A stretch of DNA of 64,000 nucleotides from a virus: IMG/VR virus record IMGVR_UViG_3300045988_126562. One strand, given 5' to 3'. Under the pieces are notes generated by a model, which worked only from the letters and a program-made list of their open reading frames with translations, did not search any database and was not told where the DNA came from. Of this stretch, positions 24,204-35,000 are shown one piece after another. A program made the translations under genes and the position numbers. The stretch's first letter is position 1. Each line of letters begins with the position of its first letter.

Positions 24204-25334
24204 ATGACTGATGATTTAAACAATTTAGACTTTGACGACGAATTAGAAGGTGGAGAAAGTGGAGGAGGTAACGTTAGTAACCAAGAACCAGATTTCGACC
24301 CAGATAATTACGTTAAACCATATATTGGTGTCAATGGAGAACCTGAGCCTGATATTAAGCAACGAAATGATGAGCCAGGAGATGAAGACAAAGATGATGA
24401 CCTTGTAACTGCTTTATTAAAATCTAAAGGCATTAAGGATATTACTGCAATTAAAATGGAAGCAGAAGATGGTTCAATAGAAGAAAAAGATTTTAACTCT
24501 TTATCTAGAGAAGAGCAATTATCTATTTTAATGTCTTCTGAAAGTCCAGCTGACGCCTCACCTCAGCTATATGATGATGAAATTGATTTTTTAAATGAGG
24601 TTAGAGATAACAATATATCAGTAAATGACTACATAAACTGGATTAGGCAACAAGCTGTAGAAGATTATATTAATTCTATTAGTTCTGAAAATAGTGACAT
24701 TGACTCTTTATCTGATGAGGATCTATTCCTTCTAGACTTAAAAGATACATCTCCTGACCTAACTGACGAAGAATGCATAGCTGCTTTAGAGCATGAGAAA
24801 GAAAATCAAGTATTGTGGGAGAAGAGAATGCAAGGATTAAGAAACTCCTACAAAGCTAAAGAAACAGCTCGAAGAGAAGAAGAGGAATTTCTTAGACAAG
24901 AGGAAGAACAAAGGCAAGCAGTTGAGTTCCAAAATGCTATTCAAGAAGCAGTAGGTAGGGTAGATTCCATTGGAGAATTTGATTTAGACGATGAGGATAA
25001 AGAAGAAATCGCTGAATTTATTCTTGGAGTAGATAAGACTGGAACACGTTATTTTGCACGTGCTTTAAATGATCCAGAAACACTAACTAGAATGGCGTGG
25101 TTCGCACTTAATGGAGAAGATGCTTTAGAAACTTTGTCTAAGTACTATAAAGAGCAGATAGATGCATACTCCAGAGCTAATTACAAAAAAGGCTTTGAGG
25201 ATGGGCAAAAAGGTAAACAGCCTGATAAACCAGCTGTTACTACAAAAACTACAGTACGTAAACCAGAATCTAAAACAACACCTCAGGGAGACTACAAACC
25301 TATATCAACTCCCTATTACATTGATTTAGATTAA
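24204..25334 (+). CDS. acidic coiled-coil protein, putative scaffolding protein
   Basis: I prefer the ATG at 24204, because the track's TTG at 24177 lies inside the promoter motif. Very D/E-rich, with EEEEFLRQEEEQRQ, and sited immediately upstream of the capsid-like gene. Confidence 0.45.
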   Translation: MTDDLNNLDFDDELEGGESGGGNVSNQEPDFDPDNYVKPYIGVNGEPEPDIKQRNDEPGDEDKDDDLVTALLKSKGIKDITAIKMEAEDGSIEEKDFNSLSREEQLSILMSSESPADASPQLYDDEIDFLNEVRDNNISVNDYINWIRQQAVEDYINSISSENSDIDSLSDEDLFLLDLKDTSPDLTDEECIAALEHEKENQVLWEKRMQGLRNSYKAKETARREEEEFLRQEEEQRQAVEFQNAIQEAVGRVDSIGEFDLDDEDKEEIAEFILGVDKTGTRYFARALNDPETLTRMAWFALNGEDALETLSKYYKEQIDAYSRANYKKGFEDGQKGKQPDKPAVTTKTTVRKPESKTTPQGDYKPISTPYYIDLD

Positions 25335-25352
25335 ATTTAAACTATAATAAAT

Positions 25353-26771
25353 ATGATAGTAGCAAATTTCGTTACAAAAAGACCGACAATGTCGGAAACT
25401 CACACCTATGAAGATTTTTATAAATTCTTAGGTACACGCCCAACAAGATTGGGAGTTATGTCTCGTATGTACCCAGAACTTACAGCAACATTCCTTACTG
25501 AATCTCTTAGAAATATCTTTTACATGGATAATAAGAGACAGCAATATAGGAGTATTGACTCCTTATATTTCGATTGGGATGTTGAAACTAACTACATTAA
25601 GAGAGTAGAGTTCGCAGCAGTTCCTACTGAAACTGGAGAAAATGGATCTGAAATCATTATGTATTTCAAAGAGAGGTACTACGAAAAATATGATATTTTC
25701 AAGATTGATAAAACTAGGCAGCAATGTTTTGTTGTTGAACGCCCAGTAAGAAAGGCAGATGATATGTGGGAATATGTTGTTAGATTAATTGACAATGATT
25801 ATTCTTCTTTACTTGATGTATCTGGATGTCAAATTGGAGACACTACTAGATTCCAATCTAATGCTATGCCAGAAATGCACGAAGAAGGTTATATCAAGTA
25901 TCAATCTAATATTGAAAAACACAGAGGTTATATTACTACTCACCGTGTTGATGTATCATATTCTGCATTATTCGCAGCTATGGAAGATCAATTCATCAGT
26001 ATTGCAGAAGGAAAAGACAATGGTTCTTTAAAGGAAACTCTGTACAAGATGAATAAGAAGGAAAAAGACTTATTAAATAGCTTCTTAGAAGTTAGAAATA
26101 ACGGTCTTTTATTTAATAAAACAAATGTAGACAAAAATGGTAAGTCTACTATCGTCGATCCTGATACAGGACGTCCAATTTATATTGGAGATGGAGTTAT
26201 TCCTCAGGTAGAAAGGTTCGCATCTAAGTACGCGTTCAATAAATTAACTATTCAGGTATTTATGGATGCTATGTCTGCAATGGCAGAAAAGGCTGAACAA
26301 CCTACAGGAAATCATTTTGTATTTATTTGCAATGAAAGAATGTGGACTCTTGTTCAACATATCTTAGGTGAATATTTATCTAGGTTTAAGCCAGCTACAG
26401 CTTATATGTATAGTAAGGCAAAGAACGGATACTTAGACGTAGGAGCTACATTCCAAGCATATGAATTTGGAGGAAATACTATCTCATTTAAAGTAGATAG
26501 GACGTTCTCTAGAGAATATGGGATGGAAAAGGCTTATGCTCTGTTACTTGATTTAACAGCTGATAAGTCTACAGGTGAACCTGCAATGCAAATGTTCACT
26601 TTAAAGGGAGGTGACTTCGTTACTAATAAATTCCCAGGAGTTGGTGGTCTTGATGGTCTAAGCTCTGGTATTGTTTCTTCTGCTGTAGCAGCTAGTAAAC
26701 TTATCAACTGGGGATACTCAGGTATCGCTGTATTCTCTCCATACAGGGCATATATTATGGAAGAAATTTAA
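25353..26771 (+). CDS. putative major capsid protein
   Basis: 472 aa, the expected size for a crAss-like HK97-fold capsid protein. It follows a scaffold-like gene and is followed by a hairpin. The call rests on position and size only. Confidence 0.55.
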   Translation: MIVANFVTKRPTMSETHTYEDFYKFLGTRPTRLGVMSRMYPELTATFLTESLRNIFYMDNKRQQYRSIDSLYFDWDVETNYIKRVEFAAVPTETGENGSEIIMYFKERYYEKYDIFKIDKTRQQCFVVERPVRKADDMWEYVVRLIDNDYSSLLDVSGCQIGDTTRFQSNAMPEMHEEGYIKYQSNIEKHRGYITTHRVDVSYSALFAAMEDQFISIAEGKDNGSLKETLYKMNKKEKDLLNSFLEVRNNGLLFNKTNVDKNGKSTIVDPDTGRPIYIGDGVIPQVERFASKYAFNKLTIQVFMDAMSAMAEKAEQPTGNHFVFICNERMWTLVQHILGEYLSRFKPATAYMYSKAKNGYLDVGATFQAYEFGGNTISFKVDRTFSREYGMEKAYALLLDLTADKSTGEPAMQMFTLKGGDFVTNKFPGVGGLDGLSSGIVSSAVAASKLINWGYSGIAVFSPYRAYIMEEI

Positions 26772-26812
26772 TAAAAGATAACTATAAAATAAAAACATTA
26801 TATAATAGATGA

Positions 26813-26845
26813 GTGGGAGTTGAAAGACACTCCCACACCATTTAT
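26813..26845 (+). terminator. hairpin after the capsid gene (possible terminator)
   Basis: gtgggagt (26813-26820) pairs with actcccac (26829-26836). The downstream T run is weak. Confidence 0.4.
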
Positions 26846-26875
26846 ATGTATATACAAAAACGATAATGAATTAAT

Positions 26876-27703
26876 ATGGATGATAATAAAATTATACTTA
26901 GAAGTGTATTTGGTAAAGTAGGACAAGTTTATTCTATTCAACCATGTAAAGATGCAAATGGCAATTGGCCTGATTGTGTCAGACAAGTAGATTCTTTTGG
27001 TAATATGATTGCTTCAGAATCTGATAGAAATGCTGGAAAACCTTTAATTAAGGTAACAGAGACTTTTAGGATTCAGGATGGCCATGAATTTAACCTTAAC
27101 GATCCCTGGGATAAAGCTAGATGGGATGCTATTAAAAACTGTCCTTTAATTGCTCAATCTAGAGGACAAAGAGATGCTAAAGGTAATCTAGTTATTGATG
27201 GGGATGCTAAAAGATATGGAAGAGCTGAACTTTATATAGAAAGACCAGGTTTAGAAGTATCTAAAAAAGTTAGCAGAAGACAAAAGATACATGATGCTGA
27301 GACTTACATCTTTAATGACCCAAGGGGGGCAGATGGAAGGATTAAGATTGCCAGAATACTTGGTAAGCACATGAGGAATGCTTCCGATGCTGATATTAAA
27401 GATTACTTATTGGATATAGCTTCTAAGACTCCTGAAAAAATTATTAACTTATACACTGGTGATGATCTAGAGTTAAGAATGTTATTCATGGATGCTAGAG
27501 ATAAGAACATCATTCGCAGTGTATCTGGCGTTTATGTATATGGCGAAGGAATTTCATTAGGAGGGACAGTTGACGTGGTTATAGCGTGGATGCGTGATCC
27601 TAGAAATAAAAGAACTTTAGACCTTATCAAAAACGATACATATGGTTTAGAGGTAACTAATCCTAATGCAAAGGACAAGCTAAAGATTATTGAAGAACTA
27701 TAA
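26876..27703 (+). CDS. hypothetical head-module protein
   Basis: 275-aa ORF in the capsid/connector block. Confidence 0.55.
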   Translation: MDDNKIILRSVFGKVGQVYSIQPCKDANGNWPDCVRQVDSFGNMIASESDRNAGKPLIKVTETFRIQDGHEFNLNDPWDKARWDAIKNCPLIAQSRGQRDAKGNLVIDGDAKRYGRAELYIERPGLEVSKKVSRRQKIHDAETYIFNDPRGADGRIKIARILGKHMRNASDADIKDYLLDIASKTPEKIINLYTGDDLELRMLFMDARDKNIIRSVSGVYVYGEGISLGGTVDVVIAWMRDPRNKRTLDLIKNDTYGLEVTNPNAKDKLKIIEEL

Positions 27704-27757
27704 TAAAATCATACAGCTATTACACTTAAACAATTATATGAGGCGTTGTTAGTTGAG

Positions 27758-28672
27758 ATGAATAAAGTAGAAACTCCATCTTTATTACTTCCAGACTTTA
27801 ACTATTTAGTAAATAAAGCAGTATTACAATATATTAATACTAGATATAATATATACGATGCTAATCAACAAATTACTGATGATTTGAGAGTGTTGAAGGC
27901 AACTGCTCTACTTCCAGTTAAGATGGCTGATTATGGGGAAGATAATTCTTCTGCTATTAAAGGTTTATATGGAGCTACTTATGAAGTTGATTTACCAGAA
28001 GACTATTTACATATTTTAAATTGTGTATGTATTTTTCAAGTAAATGAACAAAAAGACTGTTGGGATAAAGGGGATTTGTGGAATTGTGGAGCACAAAGAT
28101 TAACATCAGATATGTGGCCCCTAGTTATAAATAACTTCTACATGAGGCCCTCATACAGGAGACCTTATTATTTTATTCATAATGTAAATACTTCTGTTAA
28201 CTTACCTACTAATCCTTATCAACCTGGAACTTCTTTAGGTTCAGGGACTGATATGAGAAGTGGAACATATAGTGCAGAAGACAATTCTAACCTATCTAGA
28301 ACTATAAAAATAGGAAATTCTTCTGAAAGTCTTGTAGAAAAGAATATAGGGCATAGGTTTGGAAACGCTTCTAAAGTTAGAATGGAAGTTCGTTATGGAA
28401 AAGACAATTCAGTATTTCAATTAATAAATGTTCATATTGATTATTTGAAATCACCCCAACATTTAAGACTAACACAAACTCAGTTAGATTCCACAAGAGA
28501 TACTTCACAAATGATGGAATTTCCTGATTATGTATGTCAAGAGATAATTAATGGGTTGGTAAAATTAGTTATGGAAAACTCAAGTGATCCAAGACTTCAA
28601 ACAAATATACCAGTTAATCAGACTATAGCCCCACCAGCTCAGCTACAGTCACAACAACCAAATAAAAAATAA
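27758..28672 (+). CDS. hypothetical head/connector-module protein
   Basis: I prefer the ATG at 27758 over the track's TTG at 27746. 304 aa. Confidence 0.5.
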   Translation: MNKVETPSLLLPDFNYLVNKAVLQYINTRYNIYDANQQITDDLRVLKATALLPVKMADYGEDNSSAIKGLYGATYEVDLPEDYLHILNCVCIFQVNEQKDCWDKGDLWNCGAQRLTSDMWPLVINNFYMRPSYRRPYYFIHNVNTSVNLPTNPYQPGTSLGSGTDMRSGTYSAEDNSNLSRTIKIGNSSESLVEKNIGHRFGNASKVRMEVRYGKDNSVFQLINVHIDYLKSPQHLRLTQTQLDSTRDTSQMMEFPDYVCQEIINGLVKLVMENSSDPRLQTNIPVNQTIAPPAQLQSQQPNKK

Positions 28673-28678
28673 TAAACT

Positions 28679-29599
28679 ATGTTTCAATACACAGGCACAT
28701 ACGTACTTAACACTAATGTAGATTCTAGCGGTAAACCTAAATGGACTTCTCAGGCTGAAGATACTCTTCAAGATCCAGTTGTAAAAGGTAGCTTCAATGT
28801 AAAGAGAGTGAATAAGTTTATTAAGGATAATGTAGTTAGTATCTATAAAAGAGTAGGATATAATCCAACATTTGCTACTATTACATTCAAAATTAAGAAT
28901 GATGGAGTAGGTTTGTATAGAATAGCTTTGTACATTGGATATTCTGGAAATAGAGTATCATTCTTCGCTAATGATATGGTATTTCAAGGCAAACCAATGT
29001 GGATTGAGTACGAAATCAAAGACAACAGCGAATTGGCATCTGATATTGCTAAAAGAATAGTAAAAAATGCTGCTCTATATAAACAAATTTGGGATAATAA
29101 AGTATTTGAAATTTCAGCTACTGAAGACACAGTTACAATCACAGCTTGTGATGAATACGAAAGATTCAAGAAAGCTGATATTGAAAAATTCTTAACTGAT
29201 GATAATACTTGCGCTTGCTCTGATGTATGCTCTTGTAGTTATCAAGTAATTAAGAGTGCCTTAGATGCTTCTAATCCAGAACATGATGGAGAAAATACTA
29301 TTACACAAGGAAAAGAAGGATTTGGCACATATACTAATATTATTCATGATTTAAGATTACCTACTATGGAAGCTATACGTTTTGGTGGTATCAACCAAGA
29401 GGAACTTCCTATTCCTGGAGCTTTATACAATCAGTATACTCTTACTTATTGTAAGCGCAGAGGAATTATGGGATCTGATGCAGTTGGGCAGGTTGTAAAA
29501 TCTGCAACTACTCATGTATTCTATGTAAAAACTGATATTGCTGCTGAATTTGAAGCAGCATTAGCTAATGTAGGTACTATTGAAGAAATTAGAGGTTAA
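28679..29599 (+). CDS. hypothetical structural protein (followed by a strong terminator, so probably abundant)
   Basis: 306-aa ORF with a terminator directly after it. Confidence 0.55.
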   Translation: MFQYTGTYVLNTNVDSSGKPKWTSQAEDTLQDPVVKGSFNVKRVNKFIKDNVVSIYKRVGYNPTFATITFKIKNDGVGLYRIALYIGYSGNRVSFFANDMVFQGKPMWIEYEIKDNSELASDIAKRIVKNAALYKQIWDNKVFEISATEDTVTITACDEYERFKKADIEKFLTDDNTCACSDVCSCSYQVIKSALDASNPEHDGENTITQGKEGFGTYTNIIHDLRLPTMEAIRFGGINQEELPIPGALYNQYTLTYCKRRGIMGSDAVGQVVKSATTHVFYVKTDIAAEFEAALANVGTIEEIRG

Positions 29600-29614
29600 A
29601 AATCAATAACTTAT

Positions 29615-29652
29615 AAAAGGCGGAGGGCGAAGAAGCCTTTCGCCTTTTTTAT
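29615..29652 (+). terminator. rho-independent terminator
   Basis: Two possible stems: ggcgaa/ttcgcc (29626-29631 / 29639-29644) or the outer aaaaggcg/cgcctttt. Either is followed by a T6 run. Confidence 0.75.
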
Positions 29653-29663
29653 TATATAAAAAT

Positions 29664-30341
29664 ATGGTATTTGAAAAACTTTCTTCTGCAATATTTAATG
29701 ATATAATATCAGGCTTAAGAGGATATGCTTCTAATATATCCATGTCTTTAGAGCAACTAGAAGATGATATTGTTGATGAGAGGTTGCAGATAATAAAGGA
29801 ATATTTTATTAAAGGACTGGTTCCAAGAAGGGATTTAATGCTATCTCTTAATTGTGTAGAGCTGGATTGTGAATCTATGGACAGGTGTAGGTGTGGCAAA
29901 ATGAGTGATTGTGATGAATTAGTGGCACACTTTGAAATACCCCAGATATTAGGTGATTTCGGATCAGAAGCTATAGATTATATAGGTTCCACAGATAGAC
30001 AAGTTCCATTTATAGTATATACTAGTCCTCAATTCTGGAGGTATAGGAAATATAGAAAAAGAGGTAAAAATAGACCTTATGTTTTTATAGACACTACTCC
30101 TAATAAAAATAATATGTATGATTGTTTTGTCTTTAACGCACCACTTCTTAAACAAATTTCAGTAGTAGCTATATTTAAAGATCCAAGACAGTTAGAACAT
30201 TATGGATGTTGCCCAATAGGAGATATAGACAATTTTACCTTTATAAATAATGAAATAAAAAGAAGATTAACAGAAAAGAAGATTCGTTATTACCGTCAGT
30301 TACAACCAGTTCCAACCATTAATGATCAAGTTAACAGATGA
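29664..30341 (+). CDS. hypothetical structural-module protein (Cys cluster CVELDCESMDRCRCG)
   Basis: 225-aa ORF with an ATGA overlap with the next gene. Confidence 0.55.
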   Translation: MVFEKLSSAIFNDIISGLRGYASNISMSLEQLEDDIVDERLQIIKEYFIKGLVPRRDLMLSLNCVELDCESMDRCRCGKMSDCDELVAHFEIPQILGDFGSEAIDYIGSTDRQVPFIVYTSPQFWRYRKYRKRGKNRPYVFIDTTPNKNNMYDCFVFNAPLLKQISVVAIFKDPRQLEHYGCCPIGDIDNFTFINNEIKRRLTEKKIRYYRQLQPVPTINDQVNR

Positions 30342-31027
30342 ATGATTTTAATTATATATATACTATGGCTAATTCTCTATATGGCTTAGAACTAGAACCC
30401 GAAGAATTTGAGGAATTAGGACTTGTAGCTTGGAATTTAATAGGGAATAAGACTGTAAGATTATACAAGTATTGTTCTAGAATATCTTGCGAGGACTTAT
30501 CTATTAAACTTCCCTGCAACTGTGATATAATAGAAGCAGTGACTTACAATCACGAAGATTGGAACTATAGCACTAATAAAACAGTCAATGGAGATTATAA
30601 CTCTCAGTTTACTGAACAATATATAGAAGCTAGGAAGTTATATCCTAATCCATTATACGTAAGTGGTAAATATGCTAAATATGAAAGGGTAGGAGATATT
30701 CTATATTTTGATAGGGACTATGGACAAGTAACAATACTATATAAAGGAGTTATTTTAGATGAAGATGGACTACCCCAAGTAACAGAAAAGGAGGCATTAG
30801 CTATATCCACGTATATAGCCTTTGCCAAAAAGCAAAAACAAGGGTGGATTACTAATAATCAAAATTTAATTCAAATGGCTCAATATTTGTATCAACAATG
30901 GCTTAAGTATTGTGATTCCGCAAGAGTTCCTATAAGCATTAGCCAGAATGAGATGAATGAGATTCTTGAAGCTAAATCTAGATGGGATAGGAAGATATTT
31001 AATAAGGCATATAAACCTGTTAAATAA
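30338..31027 (+). CDS. hypothetical structural-module protein
   Basis: 229-aa ORF. Confidence 0.55.
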   Translation: MNDFNYIYTMANSLYGLELEPEEFEELGLVAWNLIGNKTVRLYKYCSRISCEDLSIKLPCNCDIIEAVTYNHEDWNYSTNKTVNGDYNSQFTEQYIEARKLYPNPLYVSGKYAKYERVGDILYFDRDYGQVTILYKGVILDEDGLPQVTEKEALAISTYIAFAKKQKQGWITNNQNLIQMAQYLYQQWLKYCDSARVPISISQNEMNEILEAKSRWDRKIFNKAYKPVK

Positions 31028-31028
31028 T

Positions 31029-31466
31029 ATGAACTTTGCAACTGGATATGCTTTTAATACAAAAGACTTATTTGCAAACTTCCCCATTAAGAAAATGAAA
31101 ATAAGTGGGGAAGCTTGTAAGTCTTTACTTGGATATTTAGACAAACGTGCTCTAGCTATAAGAATATTTCTTTATGCAGTAAAAATTATACTGTTAGATA
31201 TTATAAACAATAATGTTACATTTAAATTACCTACCAGGAGAGAATGCTATTTAAATATAGTAGGAACTTTTGGAGAGGACTTTAAAAAAGCCAGAAGAAA
31301 TGGTAAATGGATTGATGTTGATTATTTAAAATCTGATTTTACTGGCTACCAAATGCAGTTTATGTATTTAGCTAACGAAAGAGAAATTAAAAAGAAAGTT
31401 TATCTAAGTAAATGGATGAGAGATAAAATTACAGAAAATACAAATAAAGGAATGCAATATTATTAA
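31029..31466 (+). CDS. hypothetical protein
   Basis: The ATG at 31029 lies 1 nt after the upstream stop. The track start at 30957 would overlap the upstream gene by 70 nt. Confidence 0.45.
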   Translation: MNFATGYAFNTKDLFANFPIKKMKISGEACKSLLGYLDKRALAIRIFLYAVKIILLDIINNNVTFKLPTRRECYLNIVGTFGEDFKKARRNGKWIDVDYLKSDFTGYQMQFMYLANEREIKKKVYLSKWMRDKITENTNKGMQYY

Positions 31467-31474
31467 TTATTAAT

Positions 31475-32032
31475 ATGGTAAAGACTGTTAGTGATTATTA
31501 TGATGTGGTTGCAGATAAGTTTCCTACCGTTCCTAAAAAAGATATAGAAAGAATTTTGAATTTCGGCTGGAAATCACTATATTTGCACAATGTTTATGGT
31601 GGAGATACTTTATTGAAAGATGATGCTATAAATAAGTATTTATTCTATATAGGAGAGCTAACATTTGATTCTCTTAAACACTTCCATTACTATATTAAAA
31701 AAATGTCAGTTAAATTAAGAGTGTTATATAATAGAGCCAAAGACAAATGGGATGGATATTATTATTTTGGGTTAACTCAGAATCAATATAATAACTATTT
31801 ATCCCAAAACAATAAGCGGGGAAGGAAAAGAAAGAAATTTAAATTTGGATCTATTAAGTTATATAAAATTTTAGAAGAATGTAAGCTAAGAGAATATAAT
31901 AAAGAATACTTCTTTAGAGTTCCTTATATATTAGATGCAGGATTTACTATATTAGAAAATGATTATGAAACAAGTAAGGCGGAGTATTTACTATATAGAA
32001 AATGTGAAGGCTTTGCCTCATTAAACAAATAA
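31475..32032 (+). CDS. hypothetical protein
   Basis: 185-aa ORF with a basic patch (KRGRKRKKFKF). Confidence 0.5.
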   Translation: MVKTVSDYYDVVADKFPTVPKKDIERILNFGWKSLYLHNVYGGDTLLKDDAINKYLFYIGELTFDSLKHFHYYIKKMSVKLRVLYNRAKDKWDGYYYFGLTQNQYNNYLSQNNKRGRKRKKFKFGSIKLYKILEECKLREYNKEYFFRVPYILDAGFTILENDYETSKAEYLLYRKCEGFASLNK

Positions 32033-32034
32033 AT

Positions 32035-35000
32035 ATGAGCAAACAAGAATCTACTAATACTTTTAGTGAAGGACTAGTAATGGACTTAAATCCACTAACT
32101 ACTCCAAATAATGTTCTAACTAATGCTTTAAATGCAACTTTAATTACTTATAATGGAAATGAATTTGTACTCCAAAACGATTTAGGTAATGGAAGGGTAG
32201 AGACAGCAAAGCTTCCTACTGGGTTTGTTCCTTTAGGAGTTAAAGAATATGGGGGAATAATATATGTAGCATCATATAACCCCATTACTAATGAGGGCCA
32301 ACTTGGAAGTTTTCCTTCTCCAGAAAGAAATTTATCTCAGAATGAAATAAGTGATAAAAGAACTGTTGTAACAAAAGGACAATTTACTGATTCTTCTGGA
32401 CAAATAGATAAATATTATATAAGGTATGATTTAATGCCAGATAATATGACTTTAAATCCAGGAGATAAATTTGGAATATATATAGGAGGAAGTCCTTATA
32501 ACATAATAAGTTATAAAGATGAAGATAGGCCGAGGCTGGTTACTTTTCATCCGGCCATATTAGATGATTTAGGAAATATAAGTTATATAGATGATGAATG
32601 TAAAGTAGAAGGAATATTATCTAGGGGAATTGTATTTGGAGAGGCTCCTTCAATAGGGGGGAATGTGGATGATCAAGAGGTATTTGATTCTTTACTTGTT
32701 TATAAAGGAAAAAAATCCGGAAAATTATTACTAATAGTAGAATTAGAAACTTTAGAGGATTTTGTAGTAAGTAGAGGTATAATTTCTTATAAAGACCCAA
32801 CTAAATCTGGAAATCCTATAATATCTACCGGTTCATCAGATACAGGATATTCAGACGATAGAAAAGAAAATGAGGATACTAAAAACGTAGGGTTTGCTGT
32901 TAAATTCTATTGCTCTGGATGGCCAAAAGTAGATAATGACTACATACATTTCAAAGGTGTAAAATTTATAGGTAATGGTGAAGAGTCAGAATTTGAAATA
33001 ACTTCTCCTGATTTGCAATCTATGACATTTGCATTTGGAGGATTTAAAAAAGGAGAGCAAGATAATTTATTAAAATATAAAATAATACCATATACTGAAT
33101 TAGGCCCCAATATATCTTTAGCTAGAACTGGAATAATAAATTTTAATCTATTGGGTACTGGTAATATAATATTAAACGAATGGAGATATTATGTTGAAGG
33201 TAATAAGTTAAGATTAAATTATGGGTTCGATGTTAATCTGTTGGAAGGAGAATCCGTGAAAGAAGTAACTATGGAGTTTTATGATGTATTCTACGGATTA
33301 AACTATTATGAAAAAGGACATATTTTTAATTGTAAATCTACAATTAATGGGAATTTTAACGGAAGTTATACTGAATATTTTGATATGCCCTATGACTTAA
33401 AGTATACTGACAAATATGATGAGGAAGAATCAAATTTGGATTATATATATAATAATATATTAGGGGATAATTTTAAGCTAAAGAATAATCAACTATTAAG
33501 AAATAATTTTTATTTAGTAAGAATTACTCTTAAAACAGTTGGATTAATAAATAAAGAAAACAAAGAACAATCAACAGAAAAATATTTTTATAGATTTTTA
33601 TATACAAATGGAATATTTAATAAACAATATATAGAAGGAGAAATAACTAATTTTTCTACAATATTGGTAGATCCTTATAAGGTTAAATTAAAAACCTCTT
33701 TATCTGAATCTACTGATTTTAGTAACAATACAGATTTTAAAGTAGAATATTATAATTCTCCTACTGCTAATGGATACACTACTGGTGTGCAAGCAGTAGC
33801 CCCAGATGATGTTACTTCTTTAGAAGAGTATAAATCATCTCCTTTGAAAGCTAATTTATTCCAAGATTGGGGCACTAGTGGCACAAGTAAAATGACCATT
33901 ACAGCTGATGTAAAAAATATAGATTCTTCTAAACCTTTAGAAGATGATAATTACTACCAATTTGGTGAGTATGCTCCAGGATTTTTTAAGCTAAATGATG
34001 GAGCTTTAACTATAGATAATTGTAAAGTAGTATACGATAACTCTAAATTTGAATTACAGACGTATGGAGGGTCAGCTAGTGATGAAGAGATAAAATATGT
34101 AGATATAACTAAAGATACAGAAGGAGAAACTCCTAATAAAGAAGTCCCGTACAAGAATATCAAGGGAGAATTACCAGAAGAAGTCAGTTCTATACTGGGG
34201 AAAACCTCTTATAGTTCAGATGATGAAACAGTATTAAAGACTTTTGAAGAGTTAAAAGACAGACAATTTTTCGATATAAGTGGATCATTCAATCAGCAAT
34301 CTGAAGAGGGAAAAGATTCAGTTGTTACCTTGCCAACTATAAGTGGCAGGTTAATAAGAAGAGCTGCATCAAATAGAGAATTTGAAAATAAAACTATGGA
34401 ATGTGAAGAAGCTAGACCTTGTTTTTATAAACAAATGTCTCCAGAAGAACAAAATGTGATGATATTAGGAAATTCTAGAACATCAAATGGGGATTTATCT
34501 GAACAAGGTATGCAGATAGCCTATTCAGGAGACTGGGACGGTAATGACGATAATTCTTTTTACTTCAGTAATAGTGAAAATGAAAAGACGGGAGAAGGTA
34601 ATGGAGATACATTACTTATACATAGAAGTGACTTAGGAGCTGATGGTCACAATCATATACCTCATGAGGAAGTTATGAGAGCATTTGCAGATAATATGAA
34701 TAGTGTGCTATCTCATTCGGCTATATGGCCATTTACAGCTAAATTAGATTCCAACTTAAAAAAGACAGGTAGATATAAAGCATTTACTCCAGGAGTATAC
34801 CGTACCTCTGGTCAAATAAATGGTTCCATATTTATGTCTGCTAATACTTATGATAGATGTAAGATATATAGATGGGGGGCTACATCAGCTTTATGGAGAA
34901 CTAATATAAGCACAGAGGAATCTCCAGATTATGCTTTTATAAATCTTGGTGGAAGTAATTATAAAACCTTTATAAAATATATGCAGAAATTATTATCTAA

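Noticed and set aside
25789-26031. Plus-strand 80-aa ORF in an alternative frame inside the capsid-like gene.
   Set aside because: It is fully nested in the 472-aa ORF and is an alternative-frame artefact.
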